From Camelus ferus (lineage: Eukaryota), in the NCBI RefSeq assembly GCF_009834535.1, contig NC_045720.1, forward strand, positions 992,001 through 1,056,000: a stretch of DNA of 64,000 nucleotides, given 5' to 3'. Below the pieces are notes generated by a model that saw nothing but the letters and a program-made list of their open reading frames with translations, did no database searches and had not been told where the DNA came from. The translations under genes were made by a program, and so were the position numbers. Of the stretch, positions 24,560 to 44,950 are shown piece by piece; position 1 is the stretch's first letter, and every line of letters starts with the position of its first letter.

Positions 24560-26057
24560 CTAATTTCATCTACTGTGTAAAACATTAAAACAAAGCAAGC
24601 ATGTGCATTTTAAGCAAGTAAATGTGAATACAATATTTTAAGCTCATGGAAATTTAAGAGTGGCTTCTTTTCTAGATGCTTGTTGTCCAGCAACTTGTTT
24701 TCCAGCAGCTTGTTTCCCAGGCATCTACCCATTCATCTTATTTTTTGGTGCATTTCAAAGTAAGTTGTAGCCATTAGTACAACTCCTAAATAGTGCAGCA
24801 TGCAAATCACTAACTAGAATTCAATATATTTACAGAAAATATTTTTAGGTAAAATTAACAGGCAGTGAAATGCATGTCTTAAATGTACTCTCATATGAAC
24901 TTTGACATCTGCAGACTCTTGTATTACTCGAGTCCGTACAAAGACAAGGAACATCACTATCAACCCACAAAATTCCCTCCCAGCCCCTGAAGACACAAAT
25001 ACTGCTCTGATTATTTTAACCTGCTCTTAAACTTTATTTTAAATTGTTAATTAATTAAAATTAAATTAATAAATTAAAATAATTTTATTAAATTAAATTA
25101 TTTAATAGTCAACAGAATGCAATAATCCAATCATAAAGGACAGTTGAATGTGCTTACACATATTCATGCTCTTGAACTTTAAAGCTGAAATGTTGAAATT
25201 TAATTTTTTGAAAATGTAAGTGAATGTAATTAAATACGCTTATAAAAATACAATATTTGCAATTGGAGGGTCTAATGTCTATCTCGTTGCCACGGTTAAA
25301 AATCAGTATCAGGCTGCATGCATGCAACATCTTGACCTACAAATAAATACACAAGCTTGAGAGGAATATGAATGACCTGATAATGCAAAATGTACAGATA
25401 CTGTGAATACCACAGCAATCTGTGAGGATCTCTGCAGCCAGGAACTGCAGCTTGAAGATGTAGTAGTGTGACTGCAGTCTTAGTTCTTTGAGTGCTGGCA
25501 GCTGTTAAGCCTCACCTGTCCCTCTTCCCTTTGCCCCACATCTGGGAAACCAGACACCAAAGCCTGGGTGCCCCCTCCAAGTACCTGACTGCGAGTAGGA
25601 ACCGTCACTTCGGCCCACCCTCTAACCATGGTCAAACCGAAATCTTCTTTGCCAGCTCTCTCAAACCATCTTCAGAGGTCTGCCCTGCCGTGCCCAGAGA
25701 AGCACACCTAGCAGTAAATCTTTGCGAACCCCCCTGGATGTGTATGTCGTTATAATTCACGTCACAACCAAATCTTGGGTGGGGTCTGCCCTGCCCCTGC
25801 ATGCAGTGTGGTTAATACAGAAGAGAAGAAAGAGTAGGGGCCCTCACTACTCCGAACCGCTGCTTCCTTCTGCGGGATGAACTGTATGGAAGGATCTGAC
25901 AAGTAACCCACCTGTCCTTCCTCTCACCTAGGCGGCAGCTCCACTGCTCCAACCCTCCTTGCACCTGGAAACATCATGTTTCCACACTGGCTGGTCACAG
26001 CCACGAACTTTCCTAGACCAGTCGCCTATTTCTTTTCCTTTTTAAATTCAGAGGTGT

Positions 26058-26121
26058 GGGTGTGTGTGTGTGTGTGTGTGTGTGTGAGACTAGCAGCTTG
26101 TGTGTGTGTGTGACTAGCAGC

Positions 26122-26179
<58 letters not shown>

Positions 26180-26186
26180 CTAGCAG
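26058..26186. repeat. Compound (TG)n microsatellite with three ACTAGCAGC spacers
   Basis: (TG)n-agactagcagcttg-(TG)n-actagcagcttg-(TG)n-actagcagc. Confidence 0.95.
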
Positions 26187-26907
26187 CCCCTCCAAGGTCG
26201 GGGCCCAGGGCAGCGCTGGCCAGGACGCGGACTATCCTAGGAACAGGAGGGGCGGGGCCAGGTTCCTAAGCCTGCCTTCGACAGAGGATCCAGGAGAACT
26301 TGCTCAAGTTGACTCCCAAGTCCATTCAGACCCACAGAACCAGAACTCCCACAGCAAGGGCCCGCCAACTGAGCCCTCCACGGGCATCCCAGTTACTCCA
26401 GGGCAGGGACCCAAAAGCGGCAGGGCCCGAGCGCGCACGCGCGGGAGGCGGGGCAGAGGGGCGGCAGGGGCGGGGGCCCGTGGAGACAAAGAGGGGGAGG
26501 AGCCTGGCGGGGTCCGCCCCCCGCGCCGGCCGGGTCCCCGCGGCTCAGGGCTTGGGCCTCAGGGGTTCGCAGCGGGCACGCGGCTCCCGGACGGCTGCGG
26601 GGCCCGCGCTGCGCCCGCTGGACTGCGGAACCGGGGAGCGGCCGCCTCGCCCTAGGTAGGCCGGGCGGGGCAGTGGGCTTCTCCTGCCTGGCCCTCGCGG
26701 CGCCCACCCCGCAAGCCCGGCTTTGTTAACGGGTTGACCCGCTCGCCCCGGTACTCGCTTTAACGCAGCGCGTCGGCGTCCGGGAGAGGCTCCAGTCCCC
26801 CGCCAGCCTCGTAGCTGGGACCCCGGGCCCACCGCCCTCCTCTGCCCGCTCTACTCTCCGCAGCCCGCCCCGCCGCCCTGCCGCCGCCACTGCCCTCGTC
26901 CCGGAGC

Positions 26908-31754
<4,847 letters not shown>

Positions 31755-33063
31755 GCTCTGGAAGCAGCCGCTGGAGGGGAGAAGCTGGGGCTTCTAGGGA
31801 AATGAAGGGCTGATGTTCCAGGTTGGGCCCCACGGAAGGGTGTCTCCGGGCCAGGGGAGCGGCGCCAGAGTGAGCCCGACAGGACGGACCGGGTTGTTCC
31901 CCACTCGTGATTGGTGTGTGCATTTCAGGTCCTACGACAGGAGGGGCCCAAGCCAGCCCACCCGGGCCAACAGCACCTGGTCGCTTGCTGGATTTGGCAT
32001 GGCTGTGGCACTTCCCTGGAGAAAGTGGTGCTTTGAAAGTTACTATTTTCAAGTGCGTCCAGATTTTATTTTTGAAACTGAAAACGTAGGTCTTTGCCTT
32101 TATTTGCAACATAGGTGGATTCTAAGCGCCATTGCGATCCAGACAGGCTGTAGGTCTCTCCTCACCCCGCAGCCCTGAGCACCTGGCCAAGGGCCAGGAC
32201 AGGTCACATAACCCTTATCACCTTTCGTTCTGGCTGGTTACTTTCCGATGCCAGTTGGTTGCAACAGGATGTGACTGTTCATCTTGGGCAGCCCAGCCCT
32301 GGCGCTGCTCCGCTTGACTGGCTCAGCTTCACGGTCCTGTGCTGACCTTCTGCGTCAGGCAGGCAATATGAAACATTAAGAGTGTGCCTTTCATTTGAAC
32401 TGTTCTGTTTTTCATCCAGTTCTTCCATACAGAATGAGTTTGCGTGGTATGAATGTTCTCTGTACAATAATCACTTTCCAAAAACTGTTCAAACGTGGAG
32501 GAACTAAGATAAAATGTATAAAATAAACCAGTGGTTGTGAAACACGTAAGATCGATGTCACAACTAGTTGGCAAATGGTGCCCAGGCATCAGGGTCAGGG
32601 GGACAGCTGTGCCTTTGTGCAGTGTGATCACGCTCTGAACTCCCGGCGTTCCTGGTAGATCCCACTAGCACTTCGAGGCTACTGTCACCATGCTGAGTGA
32701 CACTCTGAACGTGCTCAGCTATTTTCTTACAGACGTTAAATAACTGAATTACAGAAGCAATACATGATCATTTGAAGAAATATAAATATATATAAAATAA
32801 AATATAACATGAAGTTTGAGTCATCTTATTTTGTGTCTTTAGGAACTCTTATGCCACAGGTAAATTGACAGTGAAAAGGGGGGATTTGGGTGTTGGCCAC
32901 AGCGTTTCAGCCAAACTAGATTCAAAGCTATAACAGAAGAAAACTTTCCTGAACGAAAGGAATATCCACTCTCCAAACTGAAAGACCACATCGTGCACCG
33001 AAAAAAAAATAGAGAACACAAAGGCTAATGAAATTACTGATCCTGAAAGAGAAAACACTATGA

Positions 33064-33195
33064 GGGGAGTGGGGGAGGGGATAGCTCAGAGGGAGAGGCT
33101 TGCTTAGCGTGCATGAGGTCCTGGGTTCAATACCCAGTATCTCCATTAAAATAAATAAGTAAGTAAATAAACCCAATTACCTCCCTCCCAAACAA
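33064..33195 (+). mobile_element. tRNA-derived SINE (camelid-type) within L1 fragments
   Basis: ggggatagctcagaggg...gggttcaatacccag...aataaataagtaagtaaataaacccaattacctccc. Confidence 0.8.
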
Positions 33196-33483
33196 AACAA
33201 AAATGCTATACAAACATCCAGGAAAAAAAAAGATCACTCACAGAGGAAAAAAGTCAGTTTGCCTCAGGACTCTAACAAAAGCCATAGCTCTTTCTGTATG
33301 TATTTCCTTGAGGAGTCACTAAGTTGTATTATAGTCATATTTAAAAGTTTATTTCCTTTCTCTTTCCTTTACCCCTTTCCTACGAAGGTGTGATAGCAAT
33401 AGTTAAATTCAAGTTAAGTTTATAAGAAGCAAAAAATAGAATCTTGCCAGAAATAAAGGAGAAGACATGGCTCAGAAACACCA

Positions 33484-33545
33484 GGTGTGGGCGGGAGGAG
33501 GGTGGAGCTCAGTGGGAGAGCGGACGCTTAGCACGCTTGAGGTCT
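33484..33545 (+). mobile_element. 3'-truncated copy of the same SINE
   Basis: ggagggtggagctcagtgggagagcggacgcttagcacgcttgaggtc; B box and tail absent. Confidence 0.6.
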
Positions 33546-34076
33546 TCAAATCAGCTGATTGACGATGTTTGGTTGAATCACTGGGTGCGACAGCCTGGCC
33601 AAGTTAACACATAACACCAACCATCACACCAGGCATCACGCCTGACTTCCTCCCCTTAACGTGCATAGCGAATGAAGCACAGGTCCTGTTAATTCAGTCA
33701 GTAAACCTCTCTTGAGTCCTGTTACCTGAACTACAGCGACAGCCCCCAAGTGGTCTCCTGCTTTGCAATAATCTCCAGAAATTTGTTTTTAATGTATTTA
33801 GTGAAATATATTTTATACACTGCTCCCTCAGAGTGCCGAATATAGTAATAGAGTTGCAACTTTCTCACAAATCCAAAATTTTTGCCCTAGGAAAGCAATG
33901 AGGGGTTGTGGCTCCTCTATTTTTAGAATGGTCGCTGGCGATGCCGCCCTCCTCCCTGCAGAGCTTGCGGGGTTGCGGCGACGTGCATCCTCTCCCAGTA
34001 GGTTCCCCCACGCTCCCCAGTGTCTGGCTGGGTTAAGAAGGACCGAGCGCCGCCTCTGGGAAGGGGAGCCGGAAAG

Positions 34077-34166
34077 AACTACACTTCCCAGGATGCTGCG
34101 CAGTCCTGGACTCCACTTCCCAGCATTGCCCGGGGCGCCTTGCGAGGACTCCATTTCCCAGAGCGC
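34077..34166 (+). promoter_or_regulatory. Three tandem ZNF143/THAP11 (SBS) motifs in the GFUS CpG-island promoter
   Basis: aactacacttcccaggatgc, gactccacttcccagcattgc and gactccatttcccagagc versus the consensus ACTACANNTCCCAGNATGC. Confidence 0.7.
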
Positions 34167-35194
34167 CGCGGGAGGGCCCGACCTGGTCCCGCCCCCTCCA
34201 CCTGGCCCGGCCCTGCCCGAGACTCCGCCGGCGCCGGAAGCAGCTCTCTGTGCGTCGGACAGGTGGGCTACGGCGCAGGTGAGCCTGCGCGCGGCACCGA
34301 GGGGACCCGGGGGGGGGGGGCTTGGCGTGGCGAGCCGGGGCCTGGGCCTTGGGTGTCCTGTGACAGCCAGAGAGGCCTGAGGGGTGCTGGCAGCCGGGTG
34401 CGTGGGACGGGGGCTCGTGGGCGCAGGCCGTGAGTGGGGCCTGGGAAATTCTGGGGGGTGCCCAGCTGCAAGATGCTAGTAGACATGGAGGTGGCCCCGG
34501 GAGAGGATCCGGGAGCGTGGGAAGCGCCCGGCGGCATGAAAGGGGGCCGACCGTGGTACCTGCTGCTGGACTGCCCGCGTAGTCTGGAGCAGCCGGATGT
34601 CTGGGCAGGGTCCTCTCCTGTCGGGACTGCCTGTGGGGCCCTACAGTGGGGTCAGAGCCGTCCTGTAGGGGCCTAAGCAGATTTCTAGCCTCCAAGATAA
34701 GGTCCCCAGAGGCGGTGGTGCCTCGAGGCCTCTCCATATCTGAACCAGAAGGAACCAGGCTCTAGAAGCCTTGCTGGGACCAGCTGGCCCCAGGTGGGCA
34801 CTGGGCTACAAACACAGGCACTGCCTCTTCCCGGTCTGTAGCATATGGACTTTGGCTGGGAGCAGCCCTAAAGATCTGGGCCAAGAGCCTCCAGCCCCAG
34901 GGTTGGCTGTCTCCTCTCTTGTCAGCTAGAAGGGAGAAAGCGGTCCCTTTCTTGGTCTAGTAGGGGTCAGAGTTGGGCCTGCAGGGCGCAGCCTGGCTCT
35001 CCTGGCTGAGTGGCAGCCTCAGGGCTCCTGTGTGGCTCTAGGAAGAGAGCTCCCTGGGGAATGGGGGTGGGAGGAGGGGATGACTCAGGCTAGTTGGGTC
35101 TATCTGGTCTCCAGCGGGCAGTGTCTACTCCTTGGGGACCTCATCCTGTGCCAGTTGTCCCAGGGAGCCCCAGGTCAGCCCTTGGAAGTCATAG

Positions 35195-38794
<3,600 letters not shown>

Positions 38795-41228
38795 AGTGGG
38801 GCAGAGGGAGCGGTGCCGCCTTCTCCAGGCACCCAGCTCAGCCGGCAGAGCCCAGTGGCAACCACCCTCAACCTGCCAGGAGTTGAGGGCACTGCCCTCG
38901 TCAGGGAGCCCGGGCTCCACCCTCTCTGCCTGGGCAGCTCTGGGTAACTGTCCAGTGGGCCCACCATTCACATCCATCCTCAGGGAAACCAAGGCCTGGC
39001 CAGGCCTGGCACCACTCCCCGTGTCGGTCCCTGAATGTGTCCACTTCTGGTCCTGTTCTTCCGCTCCCCAGGAACCAATAAAGTGCATTTTCACAGGCCT
39101 GGCCCCAGCCACTCTGTACCAGCCCTCCCCTCCCCACCCACAGGCACAGCCTCCCTGAGCCTGGGCAGCCCCCAAACCCACCATCCCCCACTGACTGCTC
39201 AGCCCCCAAAAGCTGCCAGGCCACAGTGGCCGGCTGTCGCCACATGAAGGCCTTGGAAACTGGCACTCTTCCCGGAGCCCCCTCATCCCTGGCACTTTGG
39301 GGAAAGAGGCTGGGTCTGGATTCGGACAGGCAGAGTGGGCACACGGATGGCTCAGAGGAGAGAGTGGTGACTGCATGGCTCAGATGCCCCTTGGACTCCA
39401 GAAGAGTGTAGGACCAGACCTGAACCTTCATCTCCCCAGCCCTCGGGTGGCTGCTTGGGTGCCAGGGCCTGGCCTGCCCTTCTCCCGTGGACAGTTAACA
39501 GGTGACATGCAGAGTGGGCCTGGTGGGCAGGAAGGTGAACGGCCTGGGCCGCCCCGTCCTCAACGGGGAAATCTGGACAGTTTGACTGACCGGTCCACTG
39601 GCCAGCCAGCTAGTGCTGGGTGTGGACCTAGGGGTGCCCAGTTCCCAAGCCTTCAGGCCAGAGTCCACAGACCACCTCACACAGGACCCAGGCACCTTCC
39701 CCGGCTCTCCTGGTCTTCGTGCCAGTGACCCCCAACTTTCCTCTGGCCTCAAGTGTGTCAGCTGCTTTCATGACTAACTCTGTTTATCCAGGCGGCACTG
39801 GCTGTCTTCCCTGTGCCCGGCACGCAGTCCCAACCTCTATCCCTGTGCCCAACTGACCATGCATGGCTCCCGTCACTGCCCCCTTTCTCTCTGGCTTAGC
39901 CACGTTTTATGTCTCGACTGAAGTGGTTCTCCCTCTCCGAGGCCCACCCTACCTGTTTGCTTCTCTGGTGATACCTGTCCTTCCCCCAGGGACTTGGAGC
40001 TCCAGGACCAGGTATCCCCTGGTGCCAGCCCTTGGTGAATGAAGGGTCTGCCCATGCGGGGATTGAGGGGGAGGGGCAGTACCTGAGTTGAGCTCAGATC
40101 AGCGAGGTGAGAACGGTGGGCAGGAGGCCCGGCACAGAGCAGAGGCCAGACATGCGTGACAGGACACCAAAAGTGGTTCTGTGTCCTGGGTTGTCCTGTG
40201 TGTGTGTGTGTGTGTGTGTTTATTGAGGAGGGGCTGTCCCCCAAGCCAGAATGCAGATCTGCAGGGTAGGGGTTTGGCTGTCCATTCCGCTGCTGTGTGG
40301 CTTTTATTCCCGGCCCAGAGCAGGCCCCATGCTGCAGGGGCAGTTGCTGAAAGAACTTAGAACAAGTCAAAGTAAGAGTTTAAAGAAGATAGCTAAATGT
40401 CTTTAAAATGCAGTTTTAACTACAGTCTTAGATCTCCAGACCTTATTTTTCCCACGTCAAGCAAAAATTACAAGCAAAGCCCACACCCACAGCCCACACC
40501 CCTGTCAGTCTCTAAGGTGGTCCCTGGCCGCAGCCAAGCACTCTGTCTTCCTCAGGGCCAACAAGCCGGCTAGGTCTCTGCTGGGAACCAAGGCCTCAGG
40601 AAGGTCTTTCCTGCTTCCTCCCCTCAGCGCCCTGGGAGGCCTGTGGAAACCACTTAAACACAGAAATGCAACAGACCCCTGCTCGCACATTTCCCTGGCT
40701 TGCTGGACCCACTGCGGCTTGGAAAAGAGCTGTCCACAAGCCCTGACCAGGTAGCCTTGTACAACAGGCCCGAGTCCACTCTTAGCTCCAAACAGAAAAC
40801 CAGGGCGCTGAGAATGCTGCTCCCACCCAGCGTGAGCAGGGTCCCACTCTCCAGCCCCTGGCCTGTCTGGATGATCGGCTGGAGTCCACATTCCGGCTGC
40901 CAGGTTTTCATCAGCGGCTGGTCAGATGCCCCTCTTGGAAGCTCAGCTGCCCAGTGACCGCCATCACTGGTGTTCCAGGCTCTGCAGCATCCCCGAGAGG
41001 GACCCCCACCTGGAGGGCTGCAGGGCACCGACTTCTAGGATAAGGTCAGAGTAGCCCCCACCGGTTGGGACCCTTCGCCTTTGAATGGCCTCTCTCGAGC
41101 TGCACTTGAGAAATCACACAAGCGCTCGCAATCCTATCAAGGCTCGCTCGCCGGGGTCCTCAGAACAGAACTCATGTCCTCAGTCGGACCGAAACGTCCG
41201 CGCGGAACTGCGCCGGTGCTGCCCCCTG

Positions 41229-41298
41229 CGGCGCCCCGCCCCCTCGGCGTCGGCGCCCCGCCCCCTCGGCGTCGGCGCCCCGCCCCCTCGGCGTCGGC
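41229..41298. repeat. 22-bp tandem repeat (3 perfect copies plus 4 nt) in the PYCR3 promoter
   Basis: Unit cggcgccccgccccctcggcgt at 41229, 41251 and 41273; each copy contains a GC box. Confidence 0.92.
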
Positions 41299-41488
41299 TC
41301 CCCGCGTCTAGAGCTCTCCAGCCAACGAGCCGCCAGGGGGCGAGACCAACTACTAAGCGGGCGGCAGAGCGCCGAGCCGGGACGGGAGGGGACGAGGCGT
41401 GAGGGTCTGGCGGCGGGTGGACGAGGGCAGGTGCGGGGCAGCGCAGCCCATTGGCCCGGCCGAGGGCGGGGTGCGGCGCGGTGGTGAG

Positions 41489-44400
41489 ATGGCGGCGGAG
41501 GCGGCGGAGTCCCTCCCTCGGCGCGTGGGCTTCGTGGGCGCCGGACGCATGGCGGAGGCCGTCGCGCAAGGCCTCATCCGAGCAGGTGGGGCGCCGCGGA
41601 CGTGGGGTGTGTAGGGTCCCCTTGCCGGGGGTGGCGGGCATGCGACACCGGCGCGGCCTGGGAGGGCGAGGCTCACCTGCCCGGAAGGATGAATCCGGCG
41701 TAGTCCCCGGCAGCACTGGGCCCTCCGCGCAGGGTTCCAGGGTGGAGCAGGGCCGGGCGGCCGTGGGCGGGGGCGGAGCGCCGACCTGCCCCTCGGGACT
41801 GCTTCCCTGGGAGCGCAGCCCGAGGGGGATGTGGAGAGGCTCAGAGCCCGCCGTCCCCCCGTGGGACTCGAGCCACACGTGAAATTGAGATGTGCGGCGA
41901 GTGCATGGAGTATAGTATACGCAGAATTTGGAAGATCTAGCTCACAAAGTAACGTATCTTAGCCATTTTTAACATTGAGTACGTGTATATTTTGGCTATA
42001 TTTGGTTAAAAAATGCAGTGCAATTCAACTTTTCCTGCTTCTTCCTGCTTGCTTACTCTGACTACTGGAAAATGTAAAGTTAACGCGTGTGGCTCTTGTG
42101 ATGCTTCTCTTGGGCCGCCCAGGCTGGCCTAGAGCCTGGATCCCCCGGGACTCCCCAACCTCCTACCTTGGTGGAGTCGCCTGACCCGTCGAGCCTCGGA
42201 CTCTTTCTTTCTGTTTGTGTCCCAGCTGCACTCCTGGCCGTTCTGCAGAATTTCTCAGTCTCAGCACTGTGCACGTTTGGAGCTGGAGAATTCTCCATCC
42301 TTCGTATTGTAGGGTGTTTTGCCCTCTCCGTGGCCTCCGCTACATGTCAAGGTCCAGAGAGGTCAAAATCATCGGAAGACAGTTTACTGCAGGTCTCAGG
42401 TGTCTTACCTGTAACACCTGAGAGCTGGCCTGCCTCCTGGTGGGTAGAGTCCACATGGATCACAGTCCCGGCACGTGTAGGCAGCACACAGTGGCGGTCA
42501 CTGTTCAGGCTGGGGCTGCACTTCTGCCATTCTATTAGACCGCACAGAAATCTGAGCTTCCCAACCACGAACCCACAAAACTAGATGATTTCTACCAAAT
42601 GGGCAGTTAGCCTCTGCTTGGATGTCCCAGCGCAGATGCACCCCGTCCCAGGGACGTTTGGGCCCCACCCCACCCCCAGGCCTCCCCACCCACCACACCC
42701 CCTCCTCCCCAGGCAGCGGTCCGAGGGATATGTGTCTTCACGAGACGAGGCAAGCTCCTGGCCCCTGTGTCTGGCAGGGCATCTGGACTCAGCAGCAGGC
42801 AGGTGGCAATGACTGCTGAGTAAAATCGAATGTGTCCAATGCTGTGGCCCCATCTCTGCTTCCAGGAGAGTCTTGGGATGGCCCAGGTGTGGCTGAGCCT
42901 GAGAGACTCTTCAGGAAGGGGCCTGCCAGGCTGGCTCTTCCTCCTCCTTCTTCTCCCCAACTCCTCACTGACACCCCCAACCCTGCCCCACCTTTGCCTT
43001 TCTCTCCAGGAAAAGTGGAAGCTCAGCACGTGCTGGCCAGTGCGCCCACTGACAGGAACCTCTGCCACTTCCGGGTGAGTGGGCTGGAGTGGAGGCTCCC
43101 CCGGGGCCCAGGGTGGCTATTGGCTCCTGTCCTTCTGAGATGCTCCTTGGGGCCAGGAAAGTGCTGCTTACTTAACTAAAGTTTTGAGGCAGGCTGGGTT
43201 GGGGAAGGGAAGGTCAAAGGCCACAAGGAAGGTCAAGGTTGTGGAGGGCCAGGGCTGGGTACGGAGTGTGTGAGTGTGGACATGTGTGTGTTGGATGGGC
43301 AGGGGTGGTCGTGGGCACTCACTGGGGTTGGAGGGCTGGAGGAGGAGCTGACACTCAGGGGCATCTGGGCGATCTTGGACACCGGGAGCAGGGCAGGCGT
43401 TTGCAGCGAGAGAGACCCATGAGGACCCAGAGCGGCCTCCAGCAGGGAGGGCTGCGGTTCGGGAGGGCGCCTCGCTGACCTGGGGCTGGTCCGGCCTCCC
43501 TGCTGCAGGCCCTGGGCTGCCAGACCACCCACTCCAACCTGGAGGTGCTGCAGGGCTGCTCCCTCGTCTTCTTTGCCACCAAGCCCCATGTCCTGCCGGC
43601 CGTCCTGGCAGAGGTGGCCCCTGTGGTCACCGCAGAGCATATCTTGGTGTCTGTGGCTGCTGGGGTCTCTCTAAGCACCCTGGAGGAGGTGAGTGGCCCG
43701 TGGGGTTAGGTGGGGCTGAGGTTCTGACCCCAGGGTGGGCTCTGCTGGCCAGACTCAGCGTCCCAGCCCTGGCCACCCCAGACCAGCTGTGCCTGGGCCC
43801 AGGATGGGTTGCTGCAGAGGTGGCCGGGTGGCTGAGGGGCCAGGGTTCAGGTTTCTCCTGCTGGGGGAAGCAGGGAGGGGAGCCTGTGCTGGCAGAGGTG
43901 GTGCCTGCCCAGTAGGCCCGATCCTACGGACTCCCTGACTGTAGCCTCACTGGACAGCTGCTGCCCCCAACTGCACGAGTGCTGCGGGTCTCGCCCAACC
44001 TGCCCTGCGTGGTCCAGGAGGGGGCCTTGGTGATGGCGCGGGGCCGCCATGCCGGCAGCAGCGAGGTTGAGCTCCTGAGGACCCTGCTAGAGGCCTGCGG
44101 GCAATGCGAGGAGGTGCCCGAAGCCCATGTGGACGTCCACACTGGCCTCAGTGGCAGTGGTGTGGCCTTTGTGAGTGTTGTTGGGTCCCCATGCTCCCAC
44201 CCCCGCCCTCACAGGATGGCCCTTGGCAGAGTGGGGCCTTTCTGAGCCCCTGCCACTGTGGCTGGGTCCCTGGGCTGCCCACGAGCACCACCCTCCCTAT
44301 ATCGGTGCCTTCCTGGGCCTTTGAGGCCGGCCTCTGGGCAGACCCCTGGGTTCAGGCCTCCACTCTGGTGACTAGTGTGCCGGGCTGTGTTCCTGAAGGT

Positions 44401-44950
44401 TCCCATCCTTCTCCAGGCGGGTGCTGGGTCCAGGGGAGAGCTGGCTCTGACCCCGCCCCTGCTGCTACAGGTGTGCGCCTTTTCAGAGGCCCTGGCTGAA
44501 GGTGCCATCAAGATGGGCATGCCCAGCGGCCTGGCCCACCGCATTACTGCCCAGACCTTGCTGGTGAGACCTTGCTGCCTGGCCCCAGAGGAGTGTGTGG
44601 ACAGGATGGGTCAGCATGCCTCCTGGGAGCAGTGGGATGGGAGACAGCTGGCCTGGGCAGCCTGGGCTGAGATGGGCAGGGTGGGGGGTGCATGAGAAGT
44701 CAGGGCTGAGCTGGAGAAGGGGCTGCCGGCCTCCCCCAAGTCACCCCAATCCTCACCCTCCCTGCAGGGGACAGCCAAGATGCTTCTGCAGGAGGGGCAG
44801 CACCCGGCCCAGCTGCGGACGGACGTGTGCACGCCGGGTGGCACCACCATCTATGGGCTGCACGCGCTGGAGCGGGGTGGGCTGCGTGCAGCCGCCATGA
44901 GCGCCGTGGAGGCTGCCACCTGCCGGGCCAAGGAGATCAGCCGGAAATAG
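41489..44950 (+). CDS. PYCR3: Pyrroline-5-carboxylate reductase 3, 276 aa
   Basis: Exons 41489-41585, 43010-43074, 43509-43688, 43958-44170, 44471-44563 and 44768-44950 (831 nt); [19 protein letters not shown] and VCTPGGTTI motifs; AATAAA at 45639. Confidence 0.97.
41870..42105. mobile_element. Probable hAT MITE fragment (MER33/MER3-like)
   Basis: gagccacacgtg at the left and aaagttaacgcgtgtggctc at the right form inverted-repeat-like ends around an AT-rich core. Confidence 0.45.

Noticed and set aside
25110-25790. Possible old DNA transposon and LTR fragments (also near 60070-60320)
   Set aside because: Repeat-like, but I could not assign a family or boundaries with confidence.
26058-26186. 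CRISPR-like repeat-spacer array
   Set aside because: Eukaryotic context; the intervening sequence is just TG runs, so this is a compound microsatellite.
26056-26655. 199-aa ORF beginning with VCVCVC repeats
   Set aside because: Translation of the TG microsatellite plus CpG island.
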